NCBI GenBank assembly: GCA_043228905.1
Contig: JBHGNT010000020.1
Coordinates: 4,092,001 to 4,156,000, forward strand
Direction: 5' to 3'
Length of the DNA: 64,000 nucleotides
Source of the DNA: Azolla caroliniana
Lineage: Eukaryota > Plantae > Polypodiophyta
Shown: piece by piece, positions 24,101 to 35,040 of the stretch
How the letters are laid out: each line of letters begins with the position of its first letter
How positions within the stretch are numbered: position 1 is the stretch's first letter
The notes under the pieces: generated by a model
Told to the model about the DNA's origin: nothing
Databases searched by the model: none
What the model saw: only the letters and a program-made list of their open reading frames with translations
Program-made: the position numbers and the translations under genes

Positions 24101-25545
24101 TCAAACCTCCGGAACGTGTCAGACATCCTTTAGCAGTAGCTTGCATCCGGTTGATGTCGTCAACAACACATCTCCTATGCCAATAATTTGGCATGTCCCT
24201 TCATTCCCCATCTGGACACAACCATGATCATCGGCTATGTAGGATGAGAAGCATCTCCGGTCCGGTGTCAAGTGGAATGACGTTCCGGAATCGACAACCC
24301 ACATTGTCTCGTCGCCAACAAGGTTTAGCTCATTCTCTTCGGTAATGAGCATTAGTTCCTCTTCACTTGTCACGATCTCCGACGTTCCTTTCCGATCCGG
24401 GCCTCTCTGGTCCGAACAGTTTCGGTCCGAACTCTTCTTCGAATCGGTTGTGCCAGTTTCCTTCTCTTTCCGGAAATGCCGGCAGTTATTCTGGAAGTGT
24501 CTTGGCTTCCTGCAATAAAAGCACGTGAGCCTCCCCCTTGACTTCGACCTCGTCCCCAATTTGTCCCGGTTTTGGGGACTCTGATACCGGCCTCTCCCCC
24601 GGTTGTGGTCATCTTCCGTGACCAAGGCCTTTGGATTGGTTCTAGAATCCCGGTCCTTCCGGCGAGCTTCTTCATCTAGCAAGCTTGATTTTACCCTTGC
24701 TAGGGACAACTGTTTTCCTTTCGGCCCAACATTGCCCAACATGACAACTAACGTCTCCCAGCTATCTAGGAGGGAACCGAGCAGGAGTAATGCAAGTACC
24801 TTATCGGTGAGAGGTACTTCCAATGAGGTTGCTTGGTGTATCAGCCCCTCAAAGGCATTCATGTGCTCCACCATACTGGAGCCGTCTTGGTACTGGAGCC
24901 TCACTAGCTTCCGAAATACCGAAACCCGATTAACGGCATTCTTGTTCTGGAACATGATGTCGATCTTCTCCCAGAGTTCATGAGCCTTGCTCTCTTCATT
25001 GAAGTTATTGTACAGGCTCATGTCGATGAAACACCGAATGTATGATGTTGTCTTCATGTGCATCACCTCCCACACTATGGCATCGATCTTATCTGGTCTT
25101 TTGTCCCCGAACTGAACCGACTGTCAGAACCAAGGATAAAAGGTAAAGTGATGGAAGAAGGATATTAGAGAACACGAGAAGAAAGGAACCAAATACTAAG
25201 AGAAGAATGGATGTATAAGATAGAGAAAGAAAGAGAATGGATACAAGATATGTAATGAGAGCTAAAGACTGGTGTTGATTCGAATTTATTTGAGAATACA
25301 TGTATGCGCTTATTTATAGGTTCCTATAGAATAGCTTATTTATAGGTTCCTATAGAATGTTCTAGACCTAGAATGCTCTAGGACATTCTAGAACATTCTA
25401 GAATAATCTAGAGTTTTTACAATAATCAATGTAATACAAGAAGTAGCTTTTATTGTTTCATATAACAATAAGCTATCTTAATGGTTGAGGTTTTCAAGTA
25501 TGAATTACAAGGTTCGAGGTTCAAGTCCGGGTGACGCCATAATGG

Positions 25546-28500
25546 TCATGTGTTCATGACACTATCCCTCCTTCGAGAACGCCGAGTGGAAGTCGGCGTT
25601 AACATTGTTGGACCGGGCTTGTTTGGATAGAGACGATGGAAGTCGTTGACCAGAGCTTCAGCATTACAAACGTTATCGATGGGTTCCCAAGTGCGATCAC
25701 TCGGAGGATAACCAAGCCAATCAACTAGATAATAAAGCTTATTGCGCACAATCTTAGAATCGAGAATAGCAGCTACCTCGTATTCGGGGCCGTCCACAAG
25801 TTGTACAGAAGGTAGTGGTGGCACGACACGATTAGGAATTAAAGAGGTGTGGCAAGGTTCCAAAAGAGAGCCCTGAAAGACAGGGTGAAGCCGCATATGT
25901 GCAGGAAGGTTAAGACGAAATGTTGCATCATTAATCTGCGCCGTGATGACAAAAGGACCTAAGCGTTGATAGTCAAGCTTAGCACACGGTCGGGTAGTCT
26001 TGATGTGACGACGAAGCAACCATACACGGTCACCAACCTTAAACGGAGACTTAAGACGATGTCGATTGGCATTGGTCTTATGGTGTGCTTGCGCTTTCTG
26101 AAGATGTGACGATAACTCGAACTGGATTTGTTGTAGTCGGTGGAGGTGATGCGCCGCACTAGGGTTTCGTGACACCTCGGGAAGATCCAGTATACACCAT
26201 CGAGGGTGGTTGCCGGTGTAGGCAAAGAAAGGTGTAACTTTGGTAGAAGAGTGGACCATGTTGTTGTATGCAAACTCGGCAAGATGTAAAATTTTACTCC
26301 AATCATCTTGTTGATAACTAATGAAACATCAAAGATATTGCTCGAGCGTTTGATTTGTGCGCTCTGTTTGGCCGTCAGTTTGTGGATGATAAGCCGAAGA
26401 GAGTTTGCAAGATATTTTCAGGCCTGCCCATAGGTGCTTCCAAAAGTGTGAGATAAATTAAGGACCTCGATTGTTAATAATATCATTCGGGAGACCATGA
26501 TGGCGAAACACTTCACGCATAATGAGATCTGCAGTTTCTTCACTATTGATGGTCTTTACACATGGTACAAAATGTGCCATCTTGGTGAACCGATCCACTA
26601 CTGTTAAAATAGTATCAAAGCCTTTGGAAGGTGGCAGATCCGTAATGAAATCCATAGAAATAGACTGCCATGGATTGTTGGGAGGGAGTAATGGTTGTAG
26701 TAAGCCATAAGGGTGATGCCGGGGTATTTTGGCGCGACAGCAGGTGTCACAAGTGCGAACATAATCTTCGACAAATTTTTGCAAGTGAGGCCACCAAAAC
26801 GAACGTTTCACCAGCTCAATGGTCTTGGAAATACCAAAATGTCCAGCCATGGGGGCATCATGACAATGTTCCAACACTTGAAGTCGGGGTGATCCGTCGG
26901 GGACGTAAAGGAGATTCTTGTAGAAGAGTAAACCATCTCGCCACTTGAAGTCCTAATAATGTTAAGATGACCCTAGCAATGTGGAGCAAGATGGACGACT
27001 TGAACCACAGTGGGCTAAGACATCCTTAGCAAAATCATCCGAATGAAGTTGTTGCCGAATAGTGTTAAGAAGGGTACAATCAAGTGGTGTGGCATAAATT
27101 GTTGTTACCTGTAGCTTTGATGGCCCGAGGAGAGTTTGCTTTTGATTGTCAAAGGCCGGATCTCTAGGTCGAAGTGCTAGATACGAACGCCGAGACAGAG
27201 CATCTGCTTTCCCTTGTTGTTTTCCGGGGCGAAAAATGATCTTGAAATCGAAACGCGTTAGAAATTGGGCCCACCGAGCTTGTCGTCTATTTAATACTCG
27301 AGCTGTTTGAAAATATGTGAGATTTTTGTGATCACTATAAATGATAATCTGATGAGGTGATCCTTCTAGAAAATGACGCCATTGCTCGAATGAGTCGACC
27401 ACAGCTAGTAACTCCTTGTCATGCACCTCATAGTTTATCTCCGAAACAGTAAATTTTCTCGAGTGAAACGCGATTGGATGTATCTGCCCATCCTCGCCTG
27501 GTTGCGATAGGATACTCCCCAATGCAAAGTCTAATGCATCCGCCTCAATAGTAAATGGCTTTTCAGGATCAATATGTGCTAGGATGGGTGCTGATGTGAA
27601 TGCCTCTTTCAGCTGCGTAAAAGCCTTGTCCGCTTCGATACTCCAAAAAAATGCTTGATTTTTCTTGGTGAGTTGAGTAAGGGGCAACACAATGCTTGAA
27701 TAATTATGTATGAATTTGCAATAGAAGTTCGCAAATCCGAGGAAACACTGGACATCCCGAACTGAGCATGGGGGTTTCCATTCCAATATTGTTTGGACTT
27801 TTGCCGGGTCCATGAAAACACCCTCGGATGAAATAGTGTATCCCAAAAATTTGACTTGTTTGCAATCAAAACTGCATTTCTCAAGTTTGGCGTAAAGACC
27901 ATACTTCCTTAGGCGTTCAAGTACTTGCCGCACATGTATATCATGCTCCCCCTATGTTTTAGAGTAAATCAATAGATCATCTAGGTAGATGATTAGAAAA
28001 ATATCCATGAAATCCTGGAAGATGTCATTTGCCATATGTTGGAATACGGCAGGTGCATTTGTGAGCCCGAAAGGCATGACTGTATACTCGAAATGACCAT
28101 ACCGAGTACGAAATGTTGTTTTCCACTCATCTCCCGGCCGAATTCGAACAAGATTATATGCACCCCTTAGATCAATTTTGGTAAAATGCTTTGCCCCACC
28201 AATGCGTTCTAAGAGATTGGAGATTAAAGGTAAAGCATACCTATTCCTTATGGTGACTTTATTTAAGCCTCGATAGTCCACGACCAAACGAAGGGAGCCG
28301 TCCTTTTTCTTCACAAAAAAGATAGGAGCACCAGCTGGAGACTTTGAATGTCGAATAAACCCATGTGCAAGATTTTCCTCGATGTATGCTCGAAGAACCT
28401 CAAGCTTAGTGGGTGATAAATTGTAAATCGGACCCCACGGAGGCTCTTTTCTTGGTTGGAGATCAATAGGACAGTCGTACGGCCGATGCTTTGGAAGAAC

Positions 28501-30389
28501 ACTAGCTTTGACTTTGTCGAAAACATCAGCATAGTCTTGATATTTTTTGGGAATTTGGATGTTTGAATTCCCTTGAGTGACACTAGAAGGTGTCACTGAT
28601 ACTGCAAATAAGAAAAGGTCCTCCTTGCCTCCCACTTGGTGCAATTGTTGCAATGTGATGGCTGAAATTTGATGAGAAGGATATGGTGCATCAGTAGAAC
28701 TATATACTTTGGGAGGATAATCCCGAGTTCGATCCTTGACAATGATATTTTCTGCTAAAGGGCACCTAATTTCTCGCTTCCTCCAATCGATTCTAGGGTT
28801 ATGTAGCTCGAACCATGGCAAACCAAGGACAATTGGATGCTCAGGACTACAGATTATGTTAAAGGAAACTACACATCCTAAATCACCCAAGAGTATGTGT
28901 ATTGGCTCAGACTCTTCAAATATCTTCCCGGAAGCTATGGGGCGTCCATCAATCACTACTACGGAAACTGGACAAGGAAGTGTATGCAAGGATATTTGGT
29001 GTCTTTGGGCAAAATCTCTATCCATGAAACAAGAATTGGCGCCAGTATCTAAGAGGGCTTGGACTTGAAGTTGACAATTGGGTGTCCTAACTTGTACTAG
29101 GGCTGAGAAGACTCTACTAACATGCTTGGAAGAAATGGAACCCACACTAGGTTGTACATATCTAGGGTTGTCCAACCAAATGGCTCCTATTTTGGCCGGA
29201 CTTATTCATTTGACTCCTCTTCTAATTGGCTTAGGACTTCAAATTTATTGGACAAGGGTGGATTATTCATAATATTAGATTCACTAACTACTTCTAAAAT
29301 GTTGCACTCATTTTTATTGTCATAGTGAATTTGATTTACCTAACGTCTCGGCCTACGGGAGCAATGAATGGCTATATGTCCTGGACCTCCACAATATAAG
29401 CACAGATGGTTTGCTCGACGACGTTGCTTCTCTTCGTCTGACAACGGTCCTCGTCGTTGAGTCATATCGATCTCCATGGGTGTAGGACTATCCATTGGGA
29501 CTGGACTACGTGTTTGCCTTGGAGTTGGAGCAGGGCTATACATTTGCCTTGGGGATGATTGCGTCGTTACTGATGCATAAGTTGGTGTGAATCTAGATCT
29601 TGTTATTTGTTGTTGTCGCTCACATCGACGCTCAAAAAGGCGATTATCACACCGTATTGCTTGACTAATAGCTTCTGTAAGTGACCTTGGATCCTCGGGG
29701 AGGGTAAGAAGTAAGTCTTTGACATCACTACGAAGGCCTCAATGGAATTGCTCCATTAGGGCTTGTTCATCCCAAGGAATATCGCTTGTGATGAGACGGA
29801 AATTGGCAGCATATGTTGAAGCTTGTTGATCACCTTGACGAAGTGTACGAATCTTGTTGATAGCTGTTCTCGCCCCATCAGTATCTCCGAAACAAGCCTT
29901 ATATTCCTTGATAAATTCCTCGAAATTATTCAGTAGAGGAGAATTGGTCTCTAGCAATGGAGCAAACCACGACAACATTATGCAAGTCAATAAAGTGCCC
30001 ATTAGCCCGACTCGTGATGCATCTGTTGGATAGCGTGCGGGATGCATTTGAATCACTAACCGTACTTGATTCAAAAAACCTCGGAAATGCGCCCTCGACC
30101 CATCAAATTTAGTTGGGAGGCTAATTTTGGGCTCCTTGATAAGTCCCTGACCTTCAACCCTTTGTTGTTGTAACACGACGATTGTCAACTCTAACTGTTG
30201 CACTCGTCGCGTGAACTCCTCTTGTTGTTGTTGCTTCTCTATAGTAACCTTTTGTAGATACCCAAGTAGACGTTGATTCTCTACTTCAAGAGATGCAAAC
30301 TTGGATTTAAGGTTCTCCATTTTTGCAACAAGGGTGATATATTCTTCTGAGTTAATGGCAGCCATGGTTTCAGGATGGTTACAAAGGAG

Positions 30390-30430
<41 letters not shown>

Positions 30431-30437
30431 GACTCAA
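25546..30437 (-). pseudogene. Chromovirus gag-pol with several stops and frameshifts
   Basis: ORFs 29739-30437 and 29340-29543 (gag); 27952-29175 (PR-RT); 26962-27933 (RT-RH); 26458-26877 (IN); 25546-26259 (IN C-terminus and chromodomain). Confidence 0.93.
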
Positions 30438-30439
30438 AC

Positions 30440-30879
30440 TGTCAGAACCAAGGATAAAAGATAGAGTGATGGAAGAAGGATATTAGAGAACACGAGAAGA
30501 AAGGAACCAAATACTAAGAGAAGAATGGATGTATAAGATAGAGAAAGAAAGAGAATGGATACAAGATATGTAATGAGAGCTAAAGACTGGTGTTGATTCG
30601 AATTTATTTGAGAATACATGTATGCGCTTATTTATAGGTTCCTATAGAATAACTTATTTATAGGTTCCTATAGAATGTTCTAGACCTAGAATGCTCTAGG
30701 ACATTCTAGAACATTCTAGAATAATCTAGAGTTTTTACAATAATCAATGTAATATAAGAAGTAGCTTTTATTGTTTCATATAACAATAAGCTATCTTAAT
30801 GGTTGAGGTTTTCAAGTATGAATTACAAGGTTCGAGGTTCAAGTCCGGGTGACGCCATAATGGTCATGTGTTCATGAAA
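30440..30879 (-). promoter_or_regulatory. 5' LTR of Tcn1-like element: duplicated TATA, HSE array, tRNA-like A/B boxes
   Basis: Minus-strand TATAAATA at 30629-30636 (24-bp unit duplicated); GAA/TTC array 30673-30721; A-box-like 30792-30802 and B-box-like 30836-30846 on the plus strand. Confidence 0.75.
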
Positions 30880-31014
30880 CCGGCAACCAAAGATCTTTAA
30901 CCACCAGCATGTCCCTCATCTTCGACTTCTGCACTGAGTAGTTGGAGCTGGTAAGCTTGAACATGCCGCCAAACGATTCTTCCCTTTCCTGTGTTTCTTG
31001 CTCTGATGCTAGTT

Positions 31015-31552
31015 TGTTGAGAAATAGCGCGGAATATTGCTCGGCCACAACCGAGTCTTGAACAGTTCAATGAGAATGGAGAATACATAAATGGGAACTA
31101 AAGAGTGAACACAAGATGTTTACGTGGAAAACCCTAATAGGGAAAACCCACGGGAGCCCACAAACTCCGAACTATCACTATGAAGAAAAGGATTACAATC
31201 AGAGACTCGTAGGCAACGACCTCGAGCTTTGTTTCTTCGCCAGGCGGCGGTTACAATAGAGTATCGCTCTGTATCTCTCTCTCCCTCTCTATCGCTCTCT
31301 GGACAGTGGTTATACACCTACAATAATATCAACAACCTTACAAAGTGATTGCCCTAAGTCATATTTATACTTATATGAACTTAGGGCTATTTACAAATAT
31401 AGCCTCAATAGGCTTGCTCAAGACATATTTACAAATATGTCTTCTCTTCTGGTTCTCACCAGGTCTCCTCCGGTTTCCGGATCTCTTCTGGTTCTCAATG
31501 GGTCGTCTTTATTCATCACTGGATCCCATCCGGAGAGACCGATTTCCCAACA
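31015..31552 (-). repeat. 5' LTR of Tork-like element
   Basis: TGTTGAG...CCCAACA; adjacent PBS-like tagcatcagagc on the minus strand. Confidence 0.93.
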
Positions 31553-32799
31553 CTGTGTTTGTGTCTATGTCGTACTTTGATTTTATATAAAAAAAATTGT
31601 TTTGGTACTAACCGAATTGACCAAAGTCGATTTGATCACTGACCTGTCTACGGTTCATTACCATTTTCCGACCACCACCTTTGGTCGAGGGTATCTTAGG
31701 AGAAGATATCCGACCTCTGTTACAAGCGAGTAACACTCACTTTCACATGTATCATGTGAAATGTAATATTTTTGGTCTCATTGGTCATATTTGACCTCCG
31801 AAAACGATAATAGAATCTACCTCTCTCTCTCTCTCTCTCTTATTCCCATTCACTCTTGTTAGTTGAGAGATTAGGTTTAATCACCAATTGGCCTCTTTCA
31901 CCTGTGTTCCTAATTTCTATTCTATGAAGATGTGTTTAGTATTACTATATGTAGTCTTATGTTTTCATGTGTGTGTCTACTTACATTGAAGTTTGCTTAT
32001 GGTTTAAATAAACTTCTTAATTAGGTTTTTCTTAATGAGCAGAAAGTGAGGGTTCACAATATTAGTGTTGGCTAAAAGTGATTGTGAAAACACCAAACCA
32101 AGGTTAGCAATCTTGTGGAAGTGAAACACTCTAGAATTGGCAAGGATTATAAAGCAAAGACTATAGAGGTGAGAAGAGGGCGATAACAAGTTATAATATC
32201 TTAGAGGAAATTTCTCCGAAATCGTGAATCCATTACACAACATTAACCACATGGAAAAACAAATGGTCAATTTCACATGGATACATATAGGAATGCAAAT
32301 AAAACAAAGACTAGTTGAAGAAAGAAAAGGGAATGCCATAAGGAATTGGGAGTGGGAAGATATACAACAACGTTAACCACTAGTTGATCAATTAGTTAAA
32401 GTAAATGGTTATCAAATCATATGGGTTATATTGGCTAGAGTTTCCCTATAACTAAGAATTCCAAGAAATAGGAAGCCATGAGACAAAAACCGAGGAGATT
32501 AATTAAACTAGGCAACATGCATGATAAGAATAGCAAATGTTAAATTAAGAAAAATGGGAAAACACTCAAGGTATTTTAAGAGCGTGGCTAAGACAAAATT
32601 AGGGCCTTTTCTGCATTAAATTTTAATGTGGTTGCCTTTGAGGCTATGTATAAAAGGGGAGGTTCTTCTTCTTCTTGATCATCTTCTTTTTCTATAATTG
32701 GGTTCAACTTTGGCAATAATTGAATGGAATGCAAAAAAGATGCATGTATGCCAATGCCTACATCCTCAAGATCAAAAGTATTTTACAAATGATTTGCTT

Positions 32800-33500
32800 G
32801 GTTGACTTGTAATTGACATGCCGGTCGATAATGAAGAGATGGTACAAATACGTCTCGACAGGCTATTCCAACATTTCTCCGCACTCCACAACTGAAGAGA
32901 TGGTACAATATATCTTTACAATCTATCCCAACATTTTGCATCACTCAGAACAAAAATGCCATCATCGCAAGAGAGACCTTACTCAAGTTCTCCAAAGTTC
33001 AATCAATTGTTGTCATTGAAGAGACCTATTGCATGAATGACAAGCAATATGGCATTGAAAGCTAAATGCTCTACACCCACTTCAACAACCGAAGAAGATC
33101 AATTGACTTAAAATAAAAACTAGTAGATGGAAGGAGGCTACAATTGGGTGTAGGTGATGCCACGAATGTGGAAGGGAACTCAATTGAAAGGAACATTATA
33201 TTAACAAATATACTATACAAGACAACATTTGAAGTAGATACCATAATGAAGCTTTTGTGTTGTTTGGGTCATTGCACCATGTCATGCAATTCAAGAACCA
33301 TAAGTGTTAAGGATTTTTACCCATGAAGCTTCATGTGTAGCTCAAACATATTAGAGGACAAGCCACCTACAAAGTCAAAAGAACAAAGTAGAAGATGGCC
33401 ATCAATAATGTGGTTCCCCATGTACCTAAGCTTAAAATAGTATAGAGGGGAGGCAAATGAGTTCAAACTAGAGGGATCACATTAGAGAAAGGTGGAGAAC
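32800..33500 (+). pseudogene. Possible ancient retrotransposon gag remnant
   Basis: Broken coding-like sequence with a CCHC-knuckle-like ..C..GHCTMSC motif near 33250-33290. Weak. Confidence 0.25.
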
Positions 33501-34199
33501 TTGGAGACAAAAGACATCCAAGATGACATGAGTGATATTGACATCTCTTTTGGACTAGTGTTATTGTTGATTATGCGGTTCATCATACATTTGATCAAGT
33601 GGTTGCTTTTTTTGGACACCTAAATTACTTAGTACATCAAGTAGTCAATTCCAATGTTCACATGAAGTCGATCTTGAACTATAACAATGACATCAATGCA
33701 TTGCCCTTATATGTATGTGTATATCTATATGTATGCATGTATGCATGCATGTTTATCAAGTTCTTACTTGCATCGTGACATGATGCATATGAGAAGAATA
33801 GAAAACCTATGTATTGCTAACATTGTAATGTATAGAAGAGTAGATACCATTTTGAATCTCGTTCCTTTTTCGATCATTTTAGTTGGAAACAAAAACGTGT
33901 GGACTCATTTTTGTGTATTTTGTTTCTTATAAGAAATTGTAGGTATGTGTGAGTGTACCCACAAGAAGCTCGATCAACATTGAGAGGAGGAGAGTGGCTC
34001 ATTCATTGTCCAACTCTCCATAGCATGTATGCATATTATGTATTCTCATTCATGTGGTTCTTCCATATGCATCCAGCCATATATGTATTATGTATATATG
34101 TACACACACACAATTGGATTGCCATCACTATCACCACAACATAAAAGAATAAGAAAGCAATGGAGGAAAGCTTCAGCTTTTGATTAGTTATAATTCTTC

Positions 34200-35040
34200 T
34201 TCTTCTTCCATTAAAAATGGACAAACCAACCAACCGACTCTCCTCTCCACTGCACTGCCGAATTTGTTGACTTGACTCTCCTTCTCTCTCTCTCTCTCTC
34301 TCTCTCTGTCTGTGTGAATGTGTGGGGAAGTGAATTGGTTGAATAAAGTGATGGATGATGGATGTGGATGGATGGATCATAGCGTCTCTTTCTGCAGAGG
34401 AGACAGAGGAAGTGAAACGCAGAGGAAAGCAAAAAAGCACCAAGAATACGTATGTACATACATAATATACATATATGTATGTATCAGTCAGTATGTATAT
34501 GTGTAATGACAAAAGCCAATGCATAAGATATTACATATGTATCAGTGTATGTATACAGTATGAACACTTGTGCCTTTCCTCTTTTCCGGAACAGAAGTCT
34601 CAGAAGAAGAAGAAGAAGAAGAGGGCCAGCGTTGAAATGTCTTCCTCCTCCCTCCTTCCACATGCTTTGTATCCAAAAAGTCTAACTGATCTTTCAAGAT
34701 CTATCCATGGAAGAAGGAAGAAGCTCCTCAGTTTTCTCCTCCACCTCAATCTCCCCTGTCTGCTTCTTTGCTGTATGTATATGTATATGTATGTGTATGT
34801 TTTATTATGTATAGATTCACACAGAGTCACATGTATGTAGAGCTATCTCTGTAAGGCTCCCCTTCCCCCACTCGCCCATCCCCTTTGTTTCTACTGTATG
34901 CATACATACATACACCATATCTGACCTCTTCTGTCTATTTCATATCATACATGTCTAAGCCCCCCTTCTTCTTCTTCTTCTTCTTCAATCATCATCATCA
35001 TCATCTTCATCATCTTCATCATCCAGAAGTTTAAGCATAT
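34200..35040 (+). promoter_or_regulatory. Promoter and 5' UTR region of the receptor kinase, microsatellite-rich
   Basis: (CT)n, (GAA)n, (TATG)n, and (CTT)n(CAT)n immediately upstream of ATG 35041. Possible 5' UTR intron from GTATGT at ~34773 to CAG at ~35026 (inferred). Confidence 0.45.

Larger units (their letters stand above)
25122..30879 (-). mobile_element. Full-length Ty3/Gypsy chromovirus (Tcn1-like), nested in Tork gag
   Basis: 440-bp LTRs 25122-25561 and 30440-30879 (about 5 differences by eye); TSD ccgac/ccggc. gag EPKISLPTKFDG, CLYCGGPGHIAIHC; PR ALLDTGA; RT YLDDLL; RH; IN; chromodomain EYEVAAILDS..YYLVDWLGY..RTWEP. Confidence 0.95.
20681..31552 (-). mobile_element. Full-length Tork-like Ty1/Copia element, decayed, with a nested chromovirus
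   Basis: LTRs 20681-21179 and 31015-31552; TSD ttgtg/ctgtg; PPT at 21180-21195; mutated iMet PBS at ~31000-31011. gag (MFKLTSSNYS..KDLWLP|VQFGDK) is split by the insertion. CFYCRKPRHFQNNC; WVVDSGTSFH; YVDDML; FTDSDM. Confidence 0.95.

Noticed and set aside
34250-34260. miR408-like TGCACTGCC
   Set aside because: Only 9 nt match and no precursor hairpin is visible.
34036-34840. ORFs 34036-34524, 34475-34840 and others as small genes or conserved uORFs
   Set aside because: Low-complexity translations of microsatellites (YVY, ERER, KKKK) with no recognisable domain. A uORF role cannot be judged without transcript data.
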